From the IMG/VR virus record IMGVR_UViG_3300011114_000387, positions 1 through 54,075 of that record: a DNA stretch of 54,075 bases, one strand, 5' to 3'. The translations under genes and the position numbers were made by a program. Shown one piece after another: positions 46,549-54,075 of the stretch. Within the stretch, counting starts at the first letter, position 1; every line of letters begins with the position of its first letter. This DNA comes from a virus. Taxonomy: Duplodnaviria; Caudoviricetes. The notes under the pieces are model-generated. The model was not told the DNA's origin. It was given only the letters and a program-made list of their open reading frames with translations, and ran no database searches.

Positions 46549-46892
46549 TCACGATTACCTTTAACCCCCAGAACGCAGATCAAGTTCAGATCTTGGCTTG
46601 GGCTATGACCAAGCTCTTGGAGGCCACACCCGCCCCCGCCCCCGCCACTGAGTCGGAGGCGCCAGCCAAGAAGCCCAAGGCAGTCAAGGCCGCACCGGCT
46701 CTGGCCGTTGAGCCAGAGACGCCGCCTGCTGCACCCGCTATCACGCTTGAGGAAGTGCGCGCCAAGCTGGTGGCCTACAAAGAAAAGGGCAAGCCACTCA
46801 AAGAATTGTTTGAGACCGTTGGCTGCGCCAACCTGAGCGCAGTGCCGCCCGAGCGCTACGCTGAGTTGCTAGGCAACATGGGGGCAGCGTAA
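46545..46892 (+). CDS. Conserved phage protein with P/A-rich linker
   Basis: ITLEEVRAKL...LSAVPPERYAELL. Confidence 0.8.
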   Translation: MITITFNPQNADQVQILAWAMTKLLEATPAPAPATESEAPAKKPKAVKAAPALAVEPETPPAAPAITLEEVRAKLVAYKEKGKPLKELFETVGCANLSAVPPERYAELLGNMGAA

Positions 46893-46894
46893 AC

Positions 46895-46987
46895 ATGAAT
46901 GCGTGCCAACATCGTTGGGAGCCCGTTGAGGGCCAACCAATGTACAAATGCGCTAGGTGTAATGCTTTTATGAGGATCATCACGTGA
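46895..46987 (+). CDS. Zinc-ribbon micro-protein (30 aa)
   Basis: CQHRW...YKCARC; fills the gap. Confidence 0.55.
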   Translation: MNACQHRWEPVEGQPMYKCARCNAFMRIIT

Positions 46988-47613
46988 GCTACATCATTGC
47001 ATCGCTGCCACCAATTAAATGCTTTGTGAAGCGCGAGTTTTTGTACAACGACCACAAGGGTCACGGCGAGTTGGAGCCGGCCATTTGGGTCAGCCTTAAA
47101 GCCTTGCGTGGCCAAGTGTTCCGCATTGAATCGTTGCTGCCCAACTATGGCGCGCTGTACGACAAGCTGCCGATACATGCGTACGTCTGGCACGCTGACG
47201 CCGGCAACTTGCCCATTGACACGTTGCAATTGTGGGACTGCATGGGCTATCGATTCACAATCGTTGAGAAGATTGGCCTGCGCAATTTGGGTGTGAAGTT
47301 CTTGGGCAAAAACAAAGAGTGGCATTTTGGTCGATACATGTTTACCGTAGACTTCTGCGCCGACGGTATGGACCTAGACACTGGTTTCACTGAGACGGCT
47401 GAAGAGCACAAGAGCTTTAACTTTATCCAACTAGACAACGGCCAGTTTGCTTGTCAGCCAAACAACCGTTGCCTGTGGTACGACCAGTCTTTGATTCCTG
47501 CTGAGACAAAGCACCCGGACTTTCAAGCAGCGCAAAGACTATGGACTGTTGACGGCACGCGCAAGTGGGCTGCCGGAGACGATTGGTTTTATGACATAGA
47601 GGAGAAAAAGTAA
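46984..47613 (+). CDS. Conserved hypothetical phage protein
   Basis: LQLWDC, EEHKSFNFI.LDNGQFACQPNNR. Confidence 0.8.
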   Translation: MSYIIASLPPIKCFVKREFLYNDHKGHGELEPAIWVSLKALRGQVFRIESLLPNYGALYDKLPIHAYVWHADAGNLPIDTLQLWDCMGYRFTIVEKIGLRNLGVKFLGKNKEWHFGRYMFTVDFCADGMDLDTGFTETAEEHKSFNFIQLDNGQFACQPNNRCLWYDQSLIPAETKHPDFQAAQRLWTVDGTRKWAAGDDWFYDIEEKK

Positions 47614-47858
47614 TGGCAAAAGTAACGATCATCATTGAGGACAAGGAAGACGAGGTCATGGTTCATGGCAGCGTTGAGCCTTTCATGACTGAGGACAAGC
47701 TGGTATTTACTACAGCGGAAATCATTGGCCTGTACATGCAAGACAACATTGCAAAGATCATGGCCGACGCGGTCAAGTGGTCGCAGACGCCGGACCCAGT
47801 GGAAGAAGTGGCCGTCAAAGAACCAAGCCGCATCATCTTGCCGGGCGCCGAGCTATGA
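47613..47858 (+). CDS. Hypothetical protein
   Basis: GAGGAG SD. Confidence 0.75.
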   Translation: MAKVTIIIEDKEDEVMVHGSVEPFMTEDKLVFTTAEIIGLYMQDNIAKIMADAVKWSQTPDPVEEVAVKEPSRIILPGAEL

Positions 47859-49027
47859 CCATCGAACTAGCACACGCCAAACTGTCCGCATCTGGCAGTG
47901 AGAAGTGGATGACCTGCACGCCAAGCGCGCGCATGGAAGAAGCGTTCCCAGACGAGGGCAGCGAGTTTGCCCGCGAAGGTACGTTTGCCCATGCAGTGTT
48001 TGAGCAGGAGCTGCTGCACTACCTTGGCCGCGAGGTCGAGCCTTTGCCAAACGAGCTGATGCACTTTGATTCACCAGCGCTTGTCGACTACGTGCGCGAG
48101 TCGGTGGACTATTGCATCGAGCGGATCAAGGCGGCGCGTGCTAGGTGCAAGGACCCGGTGTTCTACGTTGAGCGCAGGCTTGACTTCAGCCGTTGGGTGC
48201 CAGAAGGTTTCGGCACTGGCGACTTTGTGATCATCACTGACGAGCTTGTCGAGGTGCTGGATTTGAAATACGGCAAGGGCATCTTTGTTGACGCGAAGAG
48301 CAACAGCCAAATGCGTTTGTATGGTCTCGGTGCTTACAACGAGTTGGCCGACCTGTACGACATACAGAAAGTGCGCATGACCGTATTGCAGCCACGCCTT
48401 GGCAACTACAGCAGCGAAGAGCTTTCAATAGCCGAGCTGCTCAAGTGGGCGGACGAGGCAGTTGTGCCAGCAGCCAAGCTGGCTTGGGATGGCGAGGGTA
48501 CGTTTGTCCCCGGGCCTCATTGCACAAGCAGTTTTTGCAAAGCAAGGTACACATGCCCTGCACGCGCAGAAGGCGCGCTTGCTGTAGCAAGGCAAGAGTT
48601 CAGTTCGCTGCCACCGGCAGTGGACACATTGACACTGGACCGCATCGCCCAGTTGCTGCCTAGCGCAGACGCTGTGATCGATTGGTTTACAGACCTGAAG
48701 GCCCATGCACTCAAGCAGGCCGAGAAAGGTACGACAGTCCCCGGCTACAAGCTGGTCGAGGGCCGAAGCAATCGCAAGTACAGCGACCAAGACGCCGTGG
48801 CCAAAGCGCTGCGCGACGCCGAGGTCCCTGACGAAATTGCATACGAGCGCAGCCTGCTTGGCATCACTGCCATGGAGAAGGCGATCGGTAAAAAGAAATT
48901 TGTTGAGGTGCTGGGGGATCTGATCACCAAGCCCGAAGGCAAACCAACGCTGGTGCCCGAAGGGGACAAGAGGCCAGCACTTACATCTCGTGTATCCGCA
49001 CTTGATGATTTTTCTAAACCAGTCTAA
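47855..49027 (+). CDS. DUF2800 / Cas4-like PD-(D/E)xK exonuclease
   Basis: HAKLSASG..W..C, FGTGD, DLKYGKG, QMRLY.LG, C..FCKAR..CPAR. Confidence 0.9.
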   Translation: MTIELAHAKLSASGSEKWMTCTPSARMEEAFPDEGSEFAREGTFAHAVFEQELLHYLGREVEPLPNELMHFDSPALVDYVRESVDYCIERIKAARARCKDPVFYVERRLDFSRWVPEGFGTGDFVIITDELVEVLDLKYGKGIFVDAKSNSQMRLYGLGAYNELADLYDIQKVRMTVLQPRLGNYSSEELSIAELLKWADEAVVPAAKLAWDGEGTFVPGPHCTSSFCKARYTCPARAEGALAVARQEFSSLPPAVDTLTLDRIAQLLPSADAVIDWFTDLKAHALKQAEKGTTVPGYKLVEGRSNRKYSDQDAVAKALRDAEVPDEIAYERSLLGITAMEKAIGKKKFVEVLGDLITKPEGKPTLVPEGDKRPALTSRVSALDDFSKPV

Positions 49028-49036
49028 AGGACAAAC

Positions 49037-49576
49037 ATGACTACCGACTACAAAGTTATCACAGGCAAAGTTCGCCTCTCTTTCACCAAGAACGTTTTCA
49101 CACCTGATGAAAAAGGTTCTTACTCAATCATGATTTTGATTGACAAGAAAGACAAAGAGACCTTGGCCAAAATCAACGGCGCTGTTGACAAGTTTAAGAC
49201 TGACCCCAAGGCAGTAACCATTTGGGGTTCTAAGTTCTTGGCCAGCTTCAAGACGCCTTTGCGTGACGGCGACACAGACCGCGACACTGAGAAGTACCCA
49301 GAGTACAAGGGCCACTACTTCATCAATGCCAATACGTACAACAGGCCCGGCGTTGTTGATGCTCAAAAGAACGACATCATCGACAAGTCAGAGTTGTACA
49401 GCGGTTGCTACGGCCGTGTGTCCATCATGCCTGCGGCGTACAACGTCGACGGCAACAAGGGCATCAAGTTCTATTTGAACAACGTGCAGAAGCTGGCCGA
49501 CGGCGAGCCTCTAGGTGGCAGCGTGTCCAACGCAGCCGACGACTTCACTGCTGTTGAAGACGATTTCCTGAATTGA
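49037..49576 (+). CDS. DUF2815 ssDNA-binding protein
   Basis: VRLSF, PLRDGD, YSGCYGR, GNKGI..LNNVQK..DGEPLGG, acidic tail. Confidence 0.92.
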   Translation: MTTDYKVITGKVRLSFTKNVFTPDEKGSYSIMILIDKKDKETLAKINGAVDKFKTDPKAVTIWGSKFLASFKTPLRDGDTDRDTEKYPEYKGHYFINANTYNRPGVVDAQKNDIIDKSELYSGCYGRVSIMPAAYNVDGNKGIKFYLNNVQKLADGEPLGGSVSNAADDFTAVEDDFLN

Positions 49577-49616
49577 TTAACGGGGCTGTAGCAGGCCCTG
49601 CTTTTGAAAGAACAAT

Positions 49617-49832
49617 ATGACCGAACAAACTAAACCCCCAGTCCTGTCAATCAAGATGGTCCCCGCCGGCGTTGAGCTGGTGTTGGCCGCATTGGCAAAG
49701 TTGCCGCACGAGCAGGTGGCGGATCTCTTCATGGAGATTCGCGGCCAAGCAATGTATCAAATGGAAGAGCTGCAAAAGACGCAAGTCTTAGCAGTAGAAC
49801 CAGATGACGCAACAGACGTCACACCTGTCTAA
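49617..49832 (+). CDS. Hypothetical protein
   Basis: LAALAKLPHEQVADL. Confidence 0.75.
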   Translation: MTEQTKPPVLSIKMVPAGVELVLAALAKLPHEQVADLFMEIRGQAMYQMEELQKTQVLAVEPDDATDVTPV

Positions 49833-49897
49833 CGAAGAGCTTTGGATCTTGGTGCGTCATTACGAGCACCTGATCCAATTACTTCTGGAACAATTAG

Positions 49898-51955
49898 ATG
49901 ACAACCCTACGAATTGACCTTGAGACGTACAGCGATGTCGACTTGAAAAAGTGTGGCGTGCACAAGTACGTTGAGTCGGACAACTTCGAAGTGCTGTTGT
50001 TTGCTTACGCGTTTGGCGACAGTGACGTTAACGTCATCGACTTGGCAGCAGGTGAGAAGCTACCCTACTGGCTTTTACTTAAACTGTACGACCCGGCGGT
50101 TACCAAGACCGCGTACAACGCAGCGTTTGAGATAGCCTGCTTGAACAGGATACTTGACGCAAACCTTGAGCGAGAGCAATGGCGTTGCACCAGCGTGCAT
50201 GCGCTTTATCTTGGCTTGCCCGGCAGCCTCGGTGAAGTAGGCAAGGTGTTAGGCCTCGGAGCCGACAAGCAAAAGCTGATGTCGGGCTGGGCGCTGATCC
50301 GTTACTTTTGCCTGCCATGCAAACCGACATTGAAGAACGGCGGCCGCGTGCGCAACCTACCGCAGCACGACCCTGACAAGTGGGCGCTGTTTAAAGAATA
50401 CTGCGCCCGCGACGTTGAGTCAGAGCGCGAGATCGCAACACGGATTGCAAAGTTTCCCGTGCCCGACAAAGAGTGGAAGCTGTGGCACCTTGATCAACGG
50501 ATGATGAGCATTGGGATTAAGGTTGACCGCGAGTTGGTCAACGCAGCCATTGAGTGCGACAACATTTTCAAAGCGCGGATGACCGCAGAGGCCATTGCTC
50601 TTACAGGTTTAGACAACCCCAACTCTCGGGACCAATTGCTCAAGTGGTTGCAGACTGAAGAGGACGACGACACGATCGTCGACCTGACCAAGAAGAGCGT
50701 GCCCAAGGTTCTTGAATCTACGGACAGTGCGACGGTGCGCCGCGTGCTGGAGCTGCGCCAAGAGATGGCCAAGACCAGCGTGTCCAAGTACCACGCCATG
50801 GCCCGAGCCATGTGCGACACCGACGACGCGGTCAAAGGCTTGACCCAGTTCTACGGCGCGAACCGCACAGGCCGTTGGGCTGGTCGTCTGGTGCAGGTGC
50901 AGAACCTACCGCAGAACAAACTGCGTGACATCGACTTGGCCCGCAACCTGTTGAAGAAGCGAGACTACGAAACACTTGAGCTGCTGTTTGGCAATGTGCC
51001 TGACACGCTGTCACAGCTCATCAGGACGGCGTTCGTTGCTCGGGAGGGGTGCAGGTACATCATCGTCGACTTCAGCGCCATTGAGGCCCGTGTGATCGCT
51101 TGGATGGCATGGTGCCAGTGGCGGCTGGATGTGTTTGCCACACACGGCAAGATCTACGAAGCGTCGGCCGAACAAATGTTTAACTTGCCGGCCGGCAGCG
51201 TCACGAAGAAAAGTCCGTACCGGCAGAAGGGCAAGATCTCTGAGCTGGCTTTGGGATACCAAGGCGGAGCCGGCGCACTCAAGACCATGGGCGCTTTGGA
51301 GATGGGGCTCACAGAGGATGAGCTTGAGCCTATCAAAGAAGCGTGGCGCGGGGCCAACCCTGAGATCGTTCAGTTCTGGTACGCGTGCGAGCGCTCGGCC
51401 AAGGAAGCGGTGCTGGGCAAGAGGTCTGTTGTCCTACCCATTGCGGGCCAGATGGTTGCGTTTTATGAAGACGGCCGCCCAGTTAAAAACTCCCGGGCTT
51501 GGCTAGTGTTTGCCTATGAGTCAGGGTTCCTGACGATCCAGTTGCCAAGCAAGCGCAAACTGTTCTACGTAAAACCACGTATTGAGGTTGAAGACCTTGT
51601 GCGTGAGACCAGCTCAGGCGGCAAGTTCATTGCGGCCAGAGCGGGGTCCTTGACGTACGAAGGGCAGGACCAGAAGACCAAACAGTGGACGCGCTTGTCT
51701 ACGTACGGCGGCAAGCTGGTGGAGAACATCACTCAGGCGGTGGCTCGTGATTGTTTAGCCGAGTCGATGCTGGCGCTAGACTATGTAGGCTACACGCAGC
51801 TGGCCACGGTGCACGACGAGATCATCATGGAGATGAAAGGCGGCACGTTGAAAGAAGCCGAAAAGATTATGGGCGAAGCTATTACATGGGCGCCCGGCTT
51901 GCCGTTGCGAGGCGACGGCTTTGAGACCAAGTACTACATGAAGGAGATTGACTGA
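49898..51955 (+). CDS. polA: DNA polymerase family A with 3'-5' exonuclease
   Basis: IDLETYS, YNAAFE, DFSAIEARV, RQKGKISELALGY, TVHDEI. Confidence 0.95.
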   Translation: MTTLRIDLETYSDVDLKKCGVHKYVESDNFEVLLFAYAFGDSDVNVIDLAAGEKLPYWLLLKLYDPAVTKTAYNAAFEIACLNRILDANLEREQWRCTSVHALYLGLPGSLGEVGKVLGLGADKQKLMSGWALIRYFCLPCKPTLKNGGRVRNLPQHDPDKWALFKEYCARDVESEREIATRIAKFPVPDKEWKLWHLDQRMMSIGIKVDRELVNAAIECDNIFKARMTAEAIALTGLDNPNSRDQLLKWLQTEEDDDTIVDLTKKSVPKVLESTDSATVRRVLELRQEMAKTSVSKYHAMARAMCDTDDAVKGLTQFYGANRTGRWAGRLVQVQNLPQNKLRDIDLARNLLKKRDYETLELLFGNVPDTLSQLIRTAFVAREGCRYIIVDFSAIEARVIAWMAWCQWRLDVFATHGKIYEASAEQMFNLPAGSVTKKSPYRQKGKISELALGYQGGAGALKTMGALEMGLTEDELEPIKEAWRGANPEIVQFWYACERSAKEAVLGKRSVVLPIAGQMVAFYEDGRPVKNSRAWLVFAYESGFLTIQLPSKRKLFYVKPRIEVEDLVRETSSGGKFIAARAGSLTYEGQDQKTKQWTRLSTYGGKLVENITQAVARDCLAESMLALDYVGYTQLATVHDEIIMEMKGGTLKEAEKIMGEAITWAPGLPLRGDGFETKYYMKEID

Positions 51956-52437
51956 TGAGAAAGCGCAGCAAGTACAGGCCCAAGGGCGTGCGCCTTGACA
52001 CAATTGCTTATGTTATGTCGGGCCTTCAAAGGTTTGATGACGTCAGCGTAGCGCTGGATTTGCGAATTAAAAATCACACTGCGTTAGATCTTCTTTGCAC
52101 AGGCAAGGCCGGCAAAGCGCACATTGATGTTTTGATTGGCGCGTTCAATATGGTCGAGGCGCTTGCCCGGCTTCGGGATGAAATGGGCGCTGACTGGGTC
52201 AAAGAAATTAAGCAGGCTCAGGATGCGCTGCTTGCCGTAGCGCAAAGAGGCGTGGCAACCGAACACTTTATTTGCAGGGGCCCTGAAATGGTAGCGCTTA
52301 AATTAGCCATGGAAATTCACGACGCCCAGCTTGATGCGGCTACGGTGCTTGACATTGAGCGGGCCGTAGATCTTATTCAAAAAGAAATCCGGGGTGGCAA
52401 AGCCCGGCCGATTGTTAAACTAACGGTGGCAGCATGA
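51955..52437 (+). CDS. Hypothetical protein
   Basis: AAGGAG SD; MRKRSKYRPK. Confidence 0.8.
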   Translation: MRKRSKYRPKGVRLDTIAYVMSGLQRFDDVSVALDLRIKNHTALDLLCTGKAGKAHIDVLIGAFNMVEALARLRDEMGADWVKEIKQAQDALLAVAQRGVATEHFICRGPEMVALKLAMEIHDAQLDAATVLDIERAVDLIQKEIRGGKARPIVKLTVAA

Positions 52438-52622
52438 AATCCGAAACCAAACGAATCACACTACCGGTGTCTGAAAGCATCGACGACATACGCGATCAAC
52501 TGGCCAAAGACACGGGCATCCGAATGACGTACACCCAGATATTCAATTATTTGGTTCACTTTTATCTGTCACGCACAGAACAACCCGCTGCCCCGCGCAC
52601 GCAATGGAGGCGCGCACAATGA
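52434..52622 (+). CDS. Small possible RHH-type DNA-binding protein
   Basis: KRITLPVS..ID.IR..L....G..MTY.QI. Confidence 0.65.
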   Translation: MKSETKRITLPVSESIDDIRDQLAKDTGIRMTYTQIFNYLVHFYLSRTEQPAAPRTQWRRAQ

Positions 52623-52807
52623 GCAACAAAGTAATTTATTTTTTTGTGTTTGTTTTCATTGCTTTGTTTTGGGGCGGGGTAATTTATTTGGTGCAAATGG
52701 ACCCGCAGCACGAGGTGCGGCGCGACTGTTCAATAGCAGCATTCCACCCGGACTTTACACCTGAGATGAAAGCAAAATGTCGCGAACTACTGAGGCACAA
52801 ACTATGA
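52619..52807 (+). CDS. Small membrane protein
   Basis: GGAGG SD, TM, DCSIA.FHPDF....K.KCR. Confidence 0.7.
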   Translation: MSNKVIYFFVFVFIALFWGGVIYLVQMDPQHEVRRDCSIAAFHPDFTPEMKAKCRELLRHKL

Positions 52808-53028
52808 AGATATGGACCGAAGACTTTGTGTTGGCCAATCCAAAACTAGCAGCCGATGCAATTGGCTGTCTTATTGAATTGGCCACTGACACACGCAACG
52901 ATACACTAGATGAGATCTCAAAGAAAATAGCCGCCATGCCCGGAGACACGGCGGCTGGCATTGCCCTCTGGGTCAGGGATCAGAAAACTATTTCCGCTCC
53001 TCACCCTCTACCGTCAGACCAGCCTTGA
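52804..53028 (+). CDS. Hypothetical protein, convergent with giant B
   Basis: ATGA overlap. Confidence 0.6.
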   Translation: MKIWTEDFVLANPKLAADAIGCLIELATDTRNDTLDEISKKIAAMPGDTAAGIALWVRDQKTISAPHPLPSDQP

Positions 53029-54075
53029 CGTTCTCGATCTTCTCGCGCTGTCGTTCGCGTTGCTTTTCAGCAGCTTCTTCACCGATAGCGCCTTTTCTTT
53101 CAAGGCGATCAAGCTGACGAATCTCGGCCTCCATGTCCCGGATCAACTTGAGTTGCTGGGACTTGTTGATCTGCTCTGACAAGTCAAGGTCGATCGGTCT
53201 TGCTTTAATGCCCAAGGTTTGCATTGCCGCAAAGCCGGGCTGTACTGGCAGGCCGTCTTTGCCCGTGCCGGTGTAGCCAAGGATCTCTTGGCCAGTCACG
53301 TTAGCCATCACGTTAAGGGCACGATCCCAGTGGTAGTTGCCAATTGCAATTGCTGGGGCAAACTGTTGCCACAACCACTTGCCGCGTTTGGCTGCAGCCT
53401 CTGCGCTGGTGTCGTTCTTGTCGACAATGTCTTTGCCAAAGAACGGGTCTTTGTTCCAGATCATTGCGCCAACAGTGTTGAGCACTGGGTTGCTTGGCGT
53501 GATTGGTTGCAAAAGCGGGACGCCGCCAGCGTTGGCGCTTGCATCTAACAAGTCGCCGCCCGGGAAGATCCGGCTTACGTCCAAAAACACGGGCAGGTTG
53601 GTCACGTCGTCCATGCCAAGGCGGATAGCCTTTGGCGTAGCCAACGTGGCGCTGGCGCCCTTCATCCAAGGCGGCAAGTTCTCACGCTCTTGCTTCTCCA
53701 TGGCGCGTGCGCTATTGCGGAACTCAGGGTCTGTTACGTATCGGCGGATGACGGTCCACCAGTCTTCGTCCTCACCGCCGCCAAGGCTGGCAGCCATGGC
53801 GTACATAAGCGCGTTGACTGTGTAGAGTGCAGCAGCTGGGGCAGCGTATCGCATCGGGTGCTCAAGCGCTGTACGGGCCAGCACCGGCACGACTTTGTAT
53901 GTGTAACTGAAGAACGGCAACGCAAAGTCACGGGCCAAACGGGCGCCCTTGGGCAGGTCGTCGTAGGTAAAAATAAATTGCTGCGAATAGTCGACCGCGT
54001 CGTCAATATCTAAACCACGTTTACGGGCATCGCGATAAATCAAATAGCGGAAGAACAAATCCTCAGCTTCGTATG
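52988..54075 (-). CDS. C-terminal part of giant protein B (LPD38-like domain)
   Basis: In frame with 4473..1; PFFSYTYK, LPPWMK, NKDPFFGKDI. Confidence 0.85.
   Translation of the reverse strand, partial: YEAEDLFFRYLIYRDARKRGLDIDDAVDYSQQFIFTYDDLPKGARLARDFALPFFSYTYKVVPVLARTALEHPMRYAAPAAALYTVNALMYAMAASLGGGEDEDWWTVIRRYVTDPEFRNSARAMEKQERENLPPWMKGASATLATPKAIRLGMDDVTNLPVFLDVSRIFPGGDLLDASANAGGVPLLQPITPSNPVLNTVGAMIWNKDPFFGKDIVDKNDTSAEAAAKRGKWLWQQFAPAIAIGNYHWDRALNVMANVTGQEILGYTGTGKDGLPVQPGFAAMQTLGIKARPIDLDLSEQINKSQQLKLIRDMEAEIRQLDRLERKGAIGEEAAEKQRERQREKIENVKAGLTVEGEERK
53876..54075. repeat. Terminal direct repeat (copy 2)
   Basis: Matches 1-200. Confidence 0.95.

Noticed and set aside
47855-49027. CRISPR-associated Cas4
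   Set aside because: Standard DUF2800-DUF2815-PolA replication context; no array or cas genes
1-54075. Stop-codon reassignment or tRNA genes
   Set aside because: Genes tile densely in the standard code with all three stops used; no tRNA-like sequence seen

Overview
This looks like a complete, circularly assembled ~53.9-kb dsDNA tailed phage genome of podovirus type. Bases 1-200 repeat at 53876-54075 with one mismatch. The minus-strand late arm runs from 35001 down to 1 and continues 53875-52988. It holds small basic proteins, terminase, portal, scaffold, an N4-gp56-type major capsid, tail adaptor/nozzle, two fibres, a lysis cassette, internal/ejection proteins and two giant multi-domain 'polyvalent' proteins with a ferritin gene between them. 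One giant (1786 aa, my hand translation) crosses the assembly junction and is almost entirely missing from the ORF track. A plus-strand early arm of small genes lies at 35490-40851. Two divergent replication operons follow: Cro-like, primase-helicase, VRR-NUC, SNF2 and a Q-like protein on minus; Cas4-like nuclease, SSB and PolA on plus. The most unusual signals are: (i) four small SD-preceded +1-frame ORFs nested in the linkers beside the enzymatic domains of the giants (candidate built-in immunity genes); (ii) a single Cys in each giant, at the facing ends (...INCK* / MATC...); (iii) an ASCH domain cassette flanked by a perfect 22-bp direct repeat; (iv) three late promoter-GTGCGCCC-terminator leaders plus a Q-like gene; (v) repeated covarying RNA hairpins in the early arm; (vi) an iteron-like origin. 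All protein calls are motif recognition by eye; no searches were run. I saw no integrase, CI repressor, tRNA, CRISPR array or reverse transcriptase.
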